From contig CM097885.1 in the NCBI GenBank assembly GCA_044892525.1, positions 100,068,001 to 100,132,000 of the forward strand: a stretch of 64,000 bases of DNA, in the 5' to 3' direction. The notes beneath the pieces were generated by a model. It made no database searches and had not been told where the DNA came from. It saw only the letters and a program-made list of their open reading frames with translations. This document shows, piece by piece, positions 12,954 to 26,600 of this stretch. Within the stretch, counting starts at the first letter, position 1. Every line of letters begins with the position of its first letter. The position numbers were made by a program, and so were the translations under genes. Origin of the DNA: Schmidtea polychroa (lineage: Eukaryota).

Positions 12954-14579
12954 GAAAATGTAATTTTAATTCTATAATCAAGTTTAGTAGAAAGATCAAA
13001 GCTTTAGAATAACGTTTATTAATAACAGCATTTACCATATTCATCCTTGTTTAGTCCTGTTATTTTGTCATCAAAATTTGATTTGAATAAAATTGTTTTA
13101 ATTAATATAAAATATTTTTTAAAGAATATAGATTTATATGAATCATTTTAATTAAAGATTTTGGAGCCTTGCCATTGGAATCAACCAGGAAAAATTCATG
13201 AATTTATACACTTAGGTCCATTATCAAATCCCTCGGTTATGCTGGAAAATATTGGACCAACATTTTTAGAACCGATTAATGCCAGTCAAGTTTGGGATAA
13301 GTTTCCTCTACAGAATGGGCTTAAAGAGTTGGTTGGTAAATATAAAAGTCCTTGCTTTTTTCTGCTAAAAATATGGGTATTATTTATTTGTTTGTTTTAA
13401 TTTGTAATTTAAAATTTAGATTGATATGCATTCCGAACTTCGAGAGGACGACAGATACAGGATATCTATCAAGTTTATAATTATTTATAAAAATAATAAT
13501 AATAATAATAATAGATTTAAAACGTCAAGTCCTGGTACAATTTGTTTGAACACGAAAATTTGCACATTTACCAAAGCAATTGTAGAAGATAAACAGGTAA
13601 TTATATATATATATATATATTAAATTAACAATGTTATAAATTTAATTACCAACTATTTAAATATCATGGGCAGAAAAACATCAATAATGGACAAAATTTA
13701 AGGGAAAATAACAATTATTTCGAGTATCGTAATACGGAAATGAGGTATCATTTTAAAGAATTTTTAATGAAATTTTCCATGGTTTATGATACAAGGTATG
13801 TAATGGTAACACAGGGGTTATTTTGAAGGTTTTATGAACTGTCAGAACTAATATTTTTATGAAAATTATTTAGACTATGAAACATAATCAATTTTAAGTT
13901 TTACTAATTAATACATTCACAATGATCATCTTCACATTTCATAATTTTATCAATAATATGGTTTATACAGTCATGAAAATCTTTACGTACATGTTGCTCA
14001 TCTTTTTTAGGTTCACTATTATCAATTTCTTGAGTAATTAGAGATTCTTCATTAATTCCCGAATCATCGTTAATCTTCGAATCATCAGAATGCCACTTGG
14101 TCAATAACATCCAAGACCGTCATTAAATCTCTAATTTTGATACCCGTTATTTCCTCCAATTTATCATTATTGAAGAATGCATTTTGATTTCATTTTAAAT
14201 TTGAATTCATCTTGTTGAAAATTTCATCACTAGATTTAATTTCTATTATTGAGTGTTCCCGCAACAAATTGGAATTGAGTTTGATATAGTTTGACAGGTG
14301 TAACCAATTTCATATTGATTTCTTCTTTTAAAAAATACGTTTTATAGATTTTGAAAATTTGAACCGGTTGCACTAGTTCTTCAACAAGTTTTGATTTTTC
14401 GGAGCTCGAATTTTTCTTTGACATAATAATTAACGAAGAAACTTAAATCGTACAATGCTTTTATACCTTTGAAATGTGACAATTATCCATTCGAATTGGA
14501 GTATGTCTTTGTTTAGATTGAATCTATATTATATTCTTCATGCATTTGTATGTGATTATTATTATTATTATTATTATTA

Positions 14580-14637
<58 letters not shown>

Positions 14638-17600
14638 GATGAAGATGAAAGATTCTACAAGTTTTTATTAGAAATTTTGTTAAATTTTAAAAATATTTTT
14701 ATCGAAAAATATTTTAAAAAGAAGAATGAAATCTAGCATTTTTAAAAATATTTTTATCGGAAAATATTTTAAAAGAAAGATTGATATTTGTTTAAATAAG
14801 AAACAAAAGAAAAGACAAGTTTTTGAGTGTATAATTTATTAAATAGATATTACTGATATTATTAAACAGATAATAATGTTTTAACGGATAAGATTCCTAA
14901 TATGGTGGCAGCGGTAAACACCGACGCGATCGCCGAAAAATTGTTTTAAAGTTGTTGTCAGGGTGATGACTTGGAAACGTTCATTAGAAGATGCGAGATT
15001 TATTTTGATGCTAAAGGCATTTAGGATCATATTCTGATTTATTCGAATAGTAAAGAAAAACATTATACAATAACTCAGTGAAGTATTAAAAGCGATCGAA
15101 GAAGCAGAACTAAAAATTAACCCAGAAAAGTGTCACGTAATACAGAAAGAAATCAGATTTTTAGGACATATTATCAGCAAAGAAGGAGTACAGACCGATC
15201 CCTCTAAGATTCAGGCTATACAAAACTTTGGGAAGCCAAGTTGCGTAAAGAAGCTCCGAAGCGTTCTAGGCATTTGCAATTATTATAGAAGATTCATCAG
15301 TGAGTATGCAAAGAAAGCAAGGATTTTAGAACAATTATGTGGCGGTCCGAGTAACAAAAAACTGGAATGGACTGAAAGAACGAATAAGGTATTCGAGGGA
15401 TTGAAGTTAGCACTCACAACGGCACCGATTCCATGCTTTCCGGATCTGAGAAAGGAGTTTATTTTAGATACTGATGCCAGTTTTGATATCATTGGAGTAG
15501 TGCGTTCACAAAGAGATAAAAATGGAAAGGAGAGTAATTGCTCATGGATCACACTCGATGACGAGCCATGAAAAAGGATATTGCATTACAAGAAAGTAAC
15601 TTTTGGCGGTATATTATTTTTGTATTCATTTTAAGCACCATCTCTAAAGAAGGAGATTCACGCTAAAAAACCAAGGCTATAACAATTACAACGAAGGAAC
15701 CAGTAAAAAACTAGAATCAACCGAAATGTTCGAAATTTAATTCGTGGAATTATGTTGACCAATGCAAGAAACAAAAGGACGTAGGAAGTATATATTGGGT
15801 ATAATAGACCAGTATAGTGAGTATCAAGTCTTGACAGCTATAACAAGACAAAACAATAAAGAAAACGATTTTAGAAAAATGAATTTTAAGATTTGGATTC
15901 CCAAAGGAAATAAGAGTTGATTGTGGGAAGGCGTTTGAATCAGGAATGATGAAAGAATTCACAAAGAAACTTGATATTAAGTTATGTTTTTCGAGTCCAT
16001 ACCGTCACCAAACAAATGGACAGATAGAGAGGCAATTCAGGACATTATGAGAGCTGATAAATGCTACTTTACTAGACAGAAGGAAGACGGATTGGGCAAA
16101 GATACTACCAGATGTCGAATTTACATTAAATGCAACCAAACAAAAAACTTCAAGAAAATGCCGGCAGAGATAGTGTTTGGAAAAAAGATTAGCAGGGAAA
16201 AATGATACGGGTCAAAAAAACAGGTAAAGGAAGAACAAGAAGAAAAAACAGGAGGTAATTCAACGTAGGAGAAGATGTGTTAGTAAAATTAGAAACACGC
16301 AACGAAAGCCAGGACAGATATCATTGACCGTATAAAGTGATCGAGAAAGTTCACGACAGAATATATGTTAATATTAATGTTAATATTATGTTAATATTAA
16401 TGGTAAAAAGATTGAAAGAAATGTGGAATAACTTTAAAAATTTCTTAAGAAGGGGGATATGAGAAAGATGAAAGATTCTAAAGGTTTTTATTAGAATTTT
16501 GTTAAATTTTAAAAATATTTTTATCGAATATTTTAAAAGAAAGATTGAAATTTGTTTAAATAAGAAACAAATGAAAAGACAAGTTTTTGAGTGTTTAATA
16601 TTTCTCATTCAATTTCTCAGTCGTTGTACACACTGATTCGCAGATGGTACGTTTCGTGTAACTCCAAGAGGCTTCGGTCAGATGTATACAATACATGGCT
16701 TTTTCATGATCGCGTATTTCCTTGTGTTTGCGCTTTATTGCTTGGACGAGCCGAAGATGTTTCACTTCCTTACTCGACTAAATGCCTTGACAACTGGATT
16801 AAATCCTGTATTCATTGTTACCAATTTTGAAAGTGATGCCATCAAAGCATTTCAACATCATTTTCCTAACGTCATCGTGACAGGATAAATTTTTCACTTC
16901 GGTCAATGCATTTGGCGTCGATTACAAGCTGATGTACTTGCTGCAACTTACAACAATGATCCTGCATTTGCAACCAAAGTTAAACGTCTCTTGGCTCTGG
17001 CATTTGTGCGACAGGACAACGTAATTGAGGTGTACGAAGCACTTATTACAGAAGACGGATATCGTGATCTGGACTCTCTAATAGACTACTTTGAAGACCA
17101 CTCTATTGGTCGAACGAGAAGAAACAGACGAGCTCAGTCGAGGTTTGCCATTGCTCTCGGGAATCAATTCGATTGAGTTGTGAATATGCTTCCTCGAAGC
17201 AACAACTCAGTCGACGATTGGCATAATACATTTAATAACTCGTTTGCAATCGCACATCCTTCAACTGCTAATCTTGCAAAAAAAGCTGCAAAGGAAACAG
17301 CACAGTATACGTATAATGATCCGAACTTAGACATAATTCATCAGTCCAAAGTTACTAATGTTGCTATATATCTTTTAGTTTTACAGGACAGTAAAAATTA
17401 CCATTATACCGCAATTTTTAATTTTAAAAAATAAATGAACTGCCATTCTAACAACGAATGTAATACCAAAATAAGAGTTAATTGGTGTCCCATTGTCTAA
17501 AACAATTTTTCCCATGGTGGGGCGTAGGAAATTCATTTGTGAAAGAGTTAGTGATCATTGTCATTTCTCAGGTAAGTATCTTGATACTGCTTGTAGACGA

Positions 17601-20600
17601 ATTCAGTTACCCTAGTTATTTCTCTTACTAATCATTATATTGAGGTCCGTAAATTAAAATAAATTTAAATGAAATTTAGGTTAATAATTTAAAGAGGAAG
17701 TAAGTGAAGAAAAAAGACAAATAAAAGCGGGATCATGCACAGAATCGATAGTAAAGGAAAGTGTGATGGAAGCAGTATTAGAAAATGCCAAAAGCAATTA
17801 CGAAAGGCAAGAATCCGGAAATCCGAGAAAAATCAATAAATGGTAAAATCATCGAAATCGAATGGGGAAAACGGGACAGGTATGGAGTAGCTAATGGGCA
17901 ACAAGATGATGTTTAGGGATTTATCAGAAAATGGTTAGGAAGGGTCGAAAAGCATTCAAATGTATGAAAACAGAAAACGTTAATTAATTAATTAATTGGC
18001 TAATAGAAAACCCGAGCTAATGGGAAACATGAGCCAATGGAGAACCCGAGAGGTAAAGGAAACCCGAGCTGGGTAAACAAGAAGAAAAGCAAACAGAAGG
18101 AAGATTTGGGCCCATTAGCTTGACACAATGATTAATTGGAAAAGAGCAAGGAGAAGATAGTGCGTGTAGAAAGGCCGGAAGGGCCATTAATTATCTTGGT
18201 TCGTTGAACCATTATGGGTGACAGCCGAAGCAGATACGTGGAAGCAAATGTCAAGTGAAAGATTGACTCGGCAATAACCATTTGTCATCCCGATTTCGAG
18301 GAGTATATAAGGAAAGGGAAAATCAGAGAAAATCGGCATTTTGTCTCAGCTAGGGTTAGAAGAAATCGAGTTAAGAATAGGTAAAACGGATTAAGGAGAT
18401 TAGGGTAAAGAAGAAATAGAATAGGAATACGAAAAGGTGAAAAAGAAACAAATCAAACAGAAACAGAGGAAAACGTGGGTCAAGAGAGTCTAACGGAATA
18501 AAAGGTGAATATTATCTATTTGCAGAGCATCAACGCCGAGCGGAGAATCGGTCAAACGTAACTTTGATTATTAATTGTAAAGTGGTGAGAAAAGATTGTG
18601 AATTTGTTATTTCAATATACGTTGGGTCGTTCATTGTTTTGATTTAAAGGACACGAGGAGTCAGAGGGAACCGACTTAAATTAATTGAAAACCCAACAAC
18701 TACAATGTGTGCCGACCATATTGTTGATAACATTATGAAATGTTAAGATGATGATTGGGAATGTGTTAATTAGTAAAACTCAAAATTGATTATGTTTCAT
18801 TGTATAAATTTCATAAAAATATTAGTTTTAACAGTCCATAAAACCTTAAATTTTAAGGCTTAAAATAACGCTTTTGTTACCATTACATACCTTGGAAAAT
18901 TCCATTGAAAACCCTTTAAAATGATACATTCGCCTTATTACGATACTCGAAATAATTGTTATTTTCCCTTAAAATTTGTCCATTATTGATGTTTTCTCCA
19001 CATTTGATAAATTTTAACAAAATTACATGTATTTTCTTTAATATTTTCGAAAATTTCCTTAAATGTTGTCCTATACACATACACACACATTGGCACTTTT
19101 TTGTATTCGTTAGACTTATTTTTTACCCCAATACTTGATTGACATACTTTTAAAGTCGATTAATTAAATTATATAGAATGTATAATATATATGTATATTG
19201 TATGTGTTTAATTTAAACTATATAGTGGGTGTGTTTAATTGAACTACATTGTGTGTGTGTTTAATTGAACTACATTGTGTGTGTCTTTGACCTACTTTGA
19301 TCCAGCGAGCCTATAGGTTTAAAGTGTCTATAATACGATTATTGTGCGAGAGTTGTGGTGAGCCATTTATACATTACTCATTCTGTTGAGGAAAAATAAA
19401 TAGTAGTCACTGGAGTGTTCAACTCAATTGATGTTTATAACTTAAAATTTAGCCATTTCACAAATGTCACCCTATTGATTTCGGAGAAATCAATGTTGAA
19501 CATTTGTGAATTGTAACTAATTTAGTTCTTGTCATTTAATATTAGTGGAATATCATCCAACAAGCATTGTTAGGGGATGAATGTCAATTATTTAGAACCA
19601 TGGTGGATGTTAGACACGCAATGTAGAATATAAGCTTCCAGTCTTTCTTGGTTGACCCATGATCCTCGCATGCTACTCAATGTTAATCGCCTCGCAGTGT
19701 TGAGGCATGAATAATTTAAAAATGAATAAAATAATTGAACGTGTGAACAATTCTTACTCTTATCGGGGTTCGTCGAAGATTGGCTTGGCTCGATTTTATT
19801 GTATTATGAGATCCTGACATTTGAAAATTTTATGACTGAGAACATGTCAGCTATCACGTCTTATATACCAAGTGGATCAGTGATTGTGTTTTCTCTTCCC
19901 CTGTCCTCGTCCGGGTGTTATTATTGATTTGTGTGTTGTGTGCTGATATGCTTGTCAGGGCTTTTGCTCCCAGTCACAGCTGTTGCCATTATTTCTTTTC
20001 TACTTCAATAGCAGCTTGATCGATTTGGCCACTTATAATGTCACGACCTTGGTGACAACTGTGACGGAGTCGATTCAAATTGTTTTATAAAATTAACAGT
20101 TATTTATTTTTTTGTTTTGGTTAACAAGGCTAATCATTTAGAATCCTATGCATTTTATCAAGCCAAATTAGCTTTCAATTTTTCTTGGCAACTAGAAATT
20201 ATGCTATATTTGTTTTTAATAATTCTCATATGATTCTGTTTTCATTTAACATGATCTTTGTTGTGTGTGATTGTTTTGGAAGTTCCTTGTCCCAAATGCT
20301 TGGATTTTAAACCGTCCCTGCTGACTAAGCACGTTTGAAATGAGGTGGTACTGGACGCGATCGACTTCTAGTTTACAACTATGACAGTCGGATTTGTGGG
20401 TAGACATTGCTAATACTAGAAGCTTAATTCGCTCTATATACCACTTGACACACGAATAAAATGAACTCGATTAGTGTTGCGTGCTGGGTTTTGATTTTTC
20501 TACCGTTTACACAACAATGCTACCCTCATTTTTGAGAGTTCTAAAAAGGTTTTTTCCTGAATTGGTAAACATTGTTATTGGAAATTGTCCGCCATGATTT

Positions 20601-23600
20601 TGGCCATGGGTTTGGTTTATCTTGGTCCCTGACTACCTCACAATGATGATTAATATTAGGGCTCAATTAGGTGTCAGTTCTCATTTTAATTCTGTTGTAT
20701 ATTGACGATAATAATATACAGTGTTTGCTAACCACTTATTTGACAGGATTTGCCCTTATTTTATTCATATACTTTCTCATAGTTTACATTGATTTCTGAA
20801 AATTTTAACAGGGATCGGCTTTTATTCTTTTTATAAATGTAGTAGAATTGAAGTTACAATGAGTTTCTACCAGTTTGACATGGATCTGCCTTTATTTTAT
20901 GAATAAATTTACTAAAATTTGAAGTTAAAATGAGGTTGTTTCAAATTATTCCTTTATTTTATTTATAAATTCGCTAAAATTGATGTTAGAATGCGGTTCT
21001 TCCAAAATTAACATAGTTCTGTCCTTATTTTATTCATGTATTTCCCTAAATTGTAAGTTAAAATTGACCTTTGAAAAATTGGGTAGGGATCTACCTTTAT
21101 TGTATCCATTCAAGCCTGATGATATGACCCATGACTTCGAATTATATGATTGGTATCATTCTGCTATCCATATTGTGTCTTAGAATTGGGGTCCAGAATA
21201 GATTAAATGCTCATTACCCATAAGCTACTGGACGTTAGGGGTACGATATCTTAGTGTCTTATGTTTGTTGTGTACTCAGGGTGATTGTCATTATGCTCAG
21301 TCGTTCTCCCAAGTACCCTTCATGGTTGTGAATCATCTCCCATACGTATACCCATGGATGTTGTTCATGTTGGAACTGTATATGCAGGTCGGAACTTGCG
21401 GACAGGTGAGCCCCTATGGTAGGACTACTCTCCTTAATATTCACAGTGCGGGTTCTAGAGTGCCGATAGAAGGTCTTACCTCTTATTTTCGTTCTCACGT
21501 CTCTGGTTCAAAGAGACGGCATCCGCACCTCTCTATTTATAATAACAATTCAGACATATTCACTCCCTTGTTGACGAAATTAAATATTTTAACAAATCCT
21601 TCAGGAAATAGTCGGGACCGAGTATTATCATGACACGCAGATTGTAAGCTGATTAGGATTTTTCAGTAGTACGAAATCAGACGCCAAATCAAAAGATCGA
21701 TGGATGAAAATAAGTTCGTGTCTTACTATAGCTGATCAATTTTCCAGATTGCCCTCATCCATCTACCCAGCATCCTCTAAATCTACTATATCACTTCATT
21801 GTTATTCCACACTCGGACACTAAGATGAACATAACTATCAATATCGGTGTATTCAAACATATCAGAAAAACATAGAAAGAGTAGGGTTTTCCGCTGCCTA
21901 GCTCAGAACAGGCTCAACGATTTCTGGCAACTAAGGTCCATGTCCTGCACAACTCGACGATGTTGGGACCTCCAATTCCTCCGCTCGATGGTGAAGCGGG
22001 AATACATTTACCCCGTCCTTAATCCGGTATTCCCTGACTCGTTTCTGTAATTCCGATTCGGAGTAGATCTTGTGGAGGGCTTTGGATTGTGCTTTAATAG
22101 TCAGTCGTTGACAACGACTTTCCTCTAAGAGACTGTCACGGCAGTGCTCTAATCTGGGGATCTTCATCTTCTCCTCTTTCATTTGTGACCACGTGTGTTC
22201 TAGCGTGTCGATACGCTTTTTGAGAGCCACTATGTGCTCTTGCAGTTTCTTGATATCCATGTTTTTGTCTGAACATGAAAAGCACGGTTTTGGTCCGCGA
22301 GGAGGTAAATTTGGCTCTGACATGGTTAAATATAATAAACGATTTATAAATGTTTACCTAATCGATATTCAGGCGCGCTCGTTGGTCAGATTTCCCAAGA
22401 ATGAAAACTCTATAGTGTAATCATTTGTAGTATAAGTATCATAGACCTAGCCCGGAAATTTATGCATTCGACTAAGTGTAACGGTGGGAAGGATTGGATC
22501 GAAAATTGAATAAACTAATAATTTAATGTGTAGCAAATTATCTAGATAGTTCGTAGATTAACCGTGGGGGTATTGCGAAAGTATGTTGACATCCGATATC
22601 ATTATGAAACTCGAAATTTATGTAACTCGGAAAAGGCATACAACTGTCTATTAACGCTTGTATTTACTTGGTTGATTGGCGCTAGTATTCTAGAAATATG
22701 ATTTCTTAAAATCTCTATGTACCTAGGGTGAATTAGAATAGGCGTTATGCTGAAACCCCAATGTAATGGAGGTTGTTTGTTTTTATCGTTATTATTGTTA
22801 ATTATTGTTAATTTATGTTATTTTGGTGAAGATTTTGTAGAGCCCGAAAGAGTCACCTTTAAAACTTGTAGCGGGACAATCGGGGTGCGTGCTATGTTCA
22901 AAATATAATAATTACGAACAATATAAAGTTACGAATATAACGCAAAACAATAATAAAATGTTACATCTTTTAAACTTTATTATAACAAATCAATAAAACC
23001 TCGTGTTTATCTTGGATTTTCGTAAATTGTAGTTCCAAATATTTTCTTTGATTTTCTCTGCACTATAACCTATTTAGGAAATTTATATATCGAGAAATAT
23101 GCTTCAAGTACAAGTATAGTTCGATTAAAAACAACTGATTGATGAAACAGTATCTGCGTTTTCCGAAAACTTTTTTCTCCTTTCTTCACAATACTCACAA
23201 TCTGTTTTGCAGTAAAATTCAAAAAAGGTTTGTTAATTCTCAATATTTAATTTTCTATTTCCAACTCGACATTGATTTTTTATATGATTTTTTTTAATTT
23301 TTATTTTTGTAATTTACTATAGCGATAATTTACTATAGTAAATTATCGCTATATAGTTTTTTATTAAAAATCTGGATTTCCCAGATGGTTGTATTTTATA
23401 TCTTAGTATACACAATTCCTAATTGTGAATACTAAAATATTAACAAAAATAACTGTACATTACACCCAATAATCATAATATAGCTATATGGTTTTCAAAT
23501 TCCTAATTCGTGAGTGGCACTAAATTGCATTGATTTATTTATGTTACTAGAGTTTTATCATTTATTTACGAGAATTAAATTATGTGCTTTACGAGAATTA

Positions 23601-26600
23601 GCTTATTTATTTTACTAAATAATATTGTTTATTCTGCAAGAATTATATTATTTATATTATCTAAATGATCAGTTGAAGGTTAAATTTCCGAATTGATTTA
23701 TGGCTACTATTGTATTTATACTGGCGGTCTACATTGGCCTAGTTCATCCGGTAGTAGGTTAAGGCTATCGGTTTAATGGTGAATCTGACGATGACTTTTA
23801 AAAAACTCAACTTTGTCGTGGTCGACGCGGATCGTTTAAAGGTGATTTAAGATAATGGATATGGCAATGTCCATGAAGGATTCTTAATTTGTTTACGAAG
23901 ACTTATAAACAATCTTAATTAATTCGTAAAAGGCGGATGTGACGGTGAAGCTTATATCTACATATTGTTTGTTTTGATGAGACTGATGGAATTGTTGCGA
24001 GAATTTACGTCGGTGAATTTTCGTGAGGAAAATGATGAATTGTTGCTACTAAAATGAAAACTGGATTTATTGAAAATTCTCCCTAGTTCATATCTGTATA
24101 TGTTTGTAAATCTGATGTCGCAGAAAATGCCGTACTAAACGTGGGATAATTGTTATCAAATCGAGAATGAGATTTGTAAAGAATTAACGTGAACAGATGC
24201 TGGTTATTATTGAGACGATGTCGGCTAGCAAATCCTTATAATTAAAATAACTGATCTGCGAAAGTTCTCTCAGTGACTATTCTATTTCTGGAAAGCCTAC
24301 GAATTCAAAATTGTTGTAATTGTCTTCAATTATCGCCTGTGATGGTGCATGTGATTATATTGGATTTCTCTTACACCTCGAAGATGATACTACTACTCCT
24401 TTATGCATTTAACAAATTTTTGTCGAGATACTTTCCGTCTTACCACCTCTCATGGTTCACCCGAAAACCACCGGTACAAGTACCAACTATTATCGGACGA
24501 CCAAGCTAAACGGTTCGACACCTTATTTGAATGTTTATCATAATAAAACAAAATCAACATATATGAAATAATAATCATTAAACATAAATACTACTTACCA
24601 GCGACCACACCCTTTGCCTCTGCATATGATGCTCATCACCCCATTTGTCATTTCTGATACCGAAGCATTAAACTCAACCTACAAGTCTGCTACAAAATCT
24701 TCTTCCAAAATCCATATTATTCTCATAATTCCAACTAGTGTTGCTGATGACATTCAAATCCGTTCGAAATCTCGTAATTGTTGAAATTCATTGACATCCT
24801 GCATCGTCATTTTCGTGGTGGCATTAGCAATCATACGCAGACGTCCAGACGGTACCGTCGCTGGGCTCCGTGAAGAGAAAATTTGAACTTTTGAATAATC
24901 ATAATATTTTAATTAATACAGCTGCATTCGTGATTAAATCATGTGGATGAATGAAATAAAATAAAATAAAATAAAATCCGTTTTACTTTTGTCTTAATCG
25001 GGTTGTTCAATAGGCTAAATCAATTCGTTGAGTATTTCGGAATGAAGCTGTAATAATCGGTTTGATATCTAGAATGTTGTCCTTGGAGTTTTATCGTAAA
25101 TCACTGTGATTTTGCTAGTTCTAACTGATTAGGAGTCTGTCGTAAGAATTTAGAAATTAAAGGGACTAACTAAATGACCGCTTTATATATTAATTTTCGT
25201 CCAATCAGGACTTAGTTGTGGTGTAATTTCACTGTTTTCTTTATTTTTTAGGTTTTTATTCGTTTTCCTTAAATTATTTATTTGTTTTAATTATCTATTT
25301 TATTCGGTAATTTGATTTTTATATTTTCACATATTTTGGTGGGTTTCCGTTGATAATTCTGCGTGTGGTTTGCTACTTTAACTTTCTTTTGTGTTTATTT
25401 TATGTTTTAGGCTAAATTTTATTTATTTTTGATTCTCGGTTGTTGTTTCGTTGTCCTATTTAATTATTTTCTTTTATTTGTTTGTATGGTCACTTGATTT
25501 GTAGTTTGTCGGTCACTATTCATGATTTCCTTACTCGGATTTGTTGTTGTTTTTAATTTATTGTTTTCTTTTATTATTTAATTTTCTTACTCACTTAGCT
25601 ATTCTACTCAACTTTGTTTAATATGGTATTTAATTTTTATTTATTTGTAAAGAGGGTAGCTTTTGTTAGGGTTCAACAGGAGAGGCACAAAAATGAGGTG
25701 AACATCGATAAAAACACCAAATTCAAAATAAAATTTAAAGTACAAAATATTAATTAAAAATCAAAAAAATTTAAAAATGAATAATTTCCGGGGGAAACTG
25801 GTATGGACGGATGCTAAATAATGAGACGAGTTCAACTATAATAAAATAAAATCAATGTGGGGTCCCTAAAAGGAATAAATTACAAAAAACAAAAATTAAT
25901 TAACTAATGGAGAACCCGAGCTAATTGGAAACCCGAGACAATGGAAAACCCGAGCGATTTGAGAAAACCTGAATTAGCAATCCAATTTTGGAAAGGCAAT
26001 TCAGTTAGCTGAATAAAATAAAAGTAACGCGAGCCGTCAAAGAAAAAGGGGCAATTTCCTTAAATTGAATTAGAGCTATAATAGGAAGCCCGGGGAGAAG
26101 TTAGGCTCAAACTAATTTGCAAAAATAAAGTCAATTACCAAGTGGGTATAAAAGCAACTGGCAAGAAAACAAAACTCTCAGTTAGTCGAAGAAAAGAAAA
26201 TAGAAGTTTGGCGAGAGCGAAAAAGGAAACATTAAAGTTAGTAGAAAATAAATAATTTAAAAATCGAACGTACCAGAAAGGGACATCTCCCGTTGGAAGA
26301 TCTATCCCTGCGTGAGATTTGTTGGCAATTTGAAAAGTGCAGACAAAACCTGATTGTATCAAGTGTGAGCGAACTGATAAAAAGTGTAAAAGTGTAACTG
26401 CATCAGTGTTAAATAAAGATTTTGTGTTGGGTCGTTTATTTATTTTGAAAAGAACACAAAGGAGGCAGATCGTAGTACCGACTTACATTAAAAATCCAAC
26501 ACTTTTAACAATTCGTTCCCCTTCTAATTCTTACAACTTCATTCCGGTTTTTATAACTTTCAGCCCAATATGTTAAACAAAATGATATAGTTTGAATGTT

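Noticed and set aside
13640-14424. Acidic minus-strand ORF fragments
   Set aside because: Probably a decayed TE, but no family motif could be recognised.
12850-14736. Poly-Leu (12850..13044) and poly-Tyr (14476..14736) ORFs
   Set aside because: Translations of (AAT)/(TAT) microsatellites.
21265-21633. 122-aa plus-strand ORF
   Set aside because: TTG start, no motif or compositional signal of coding.
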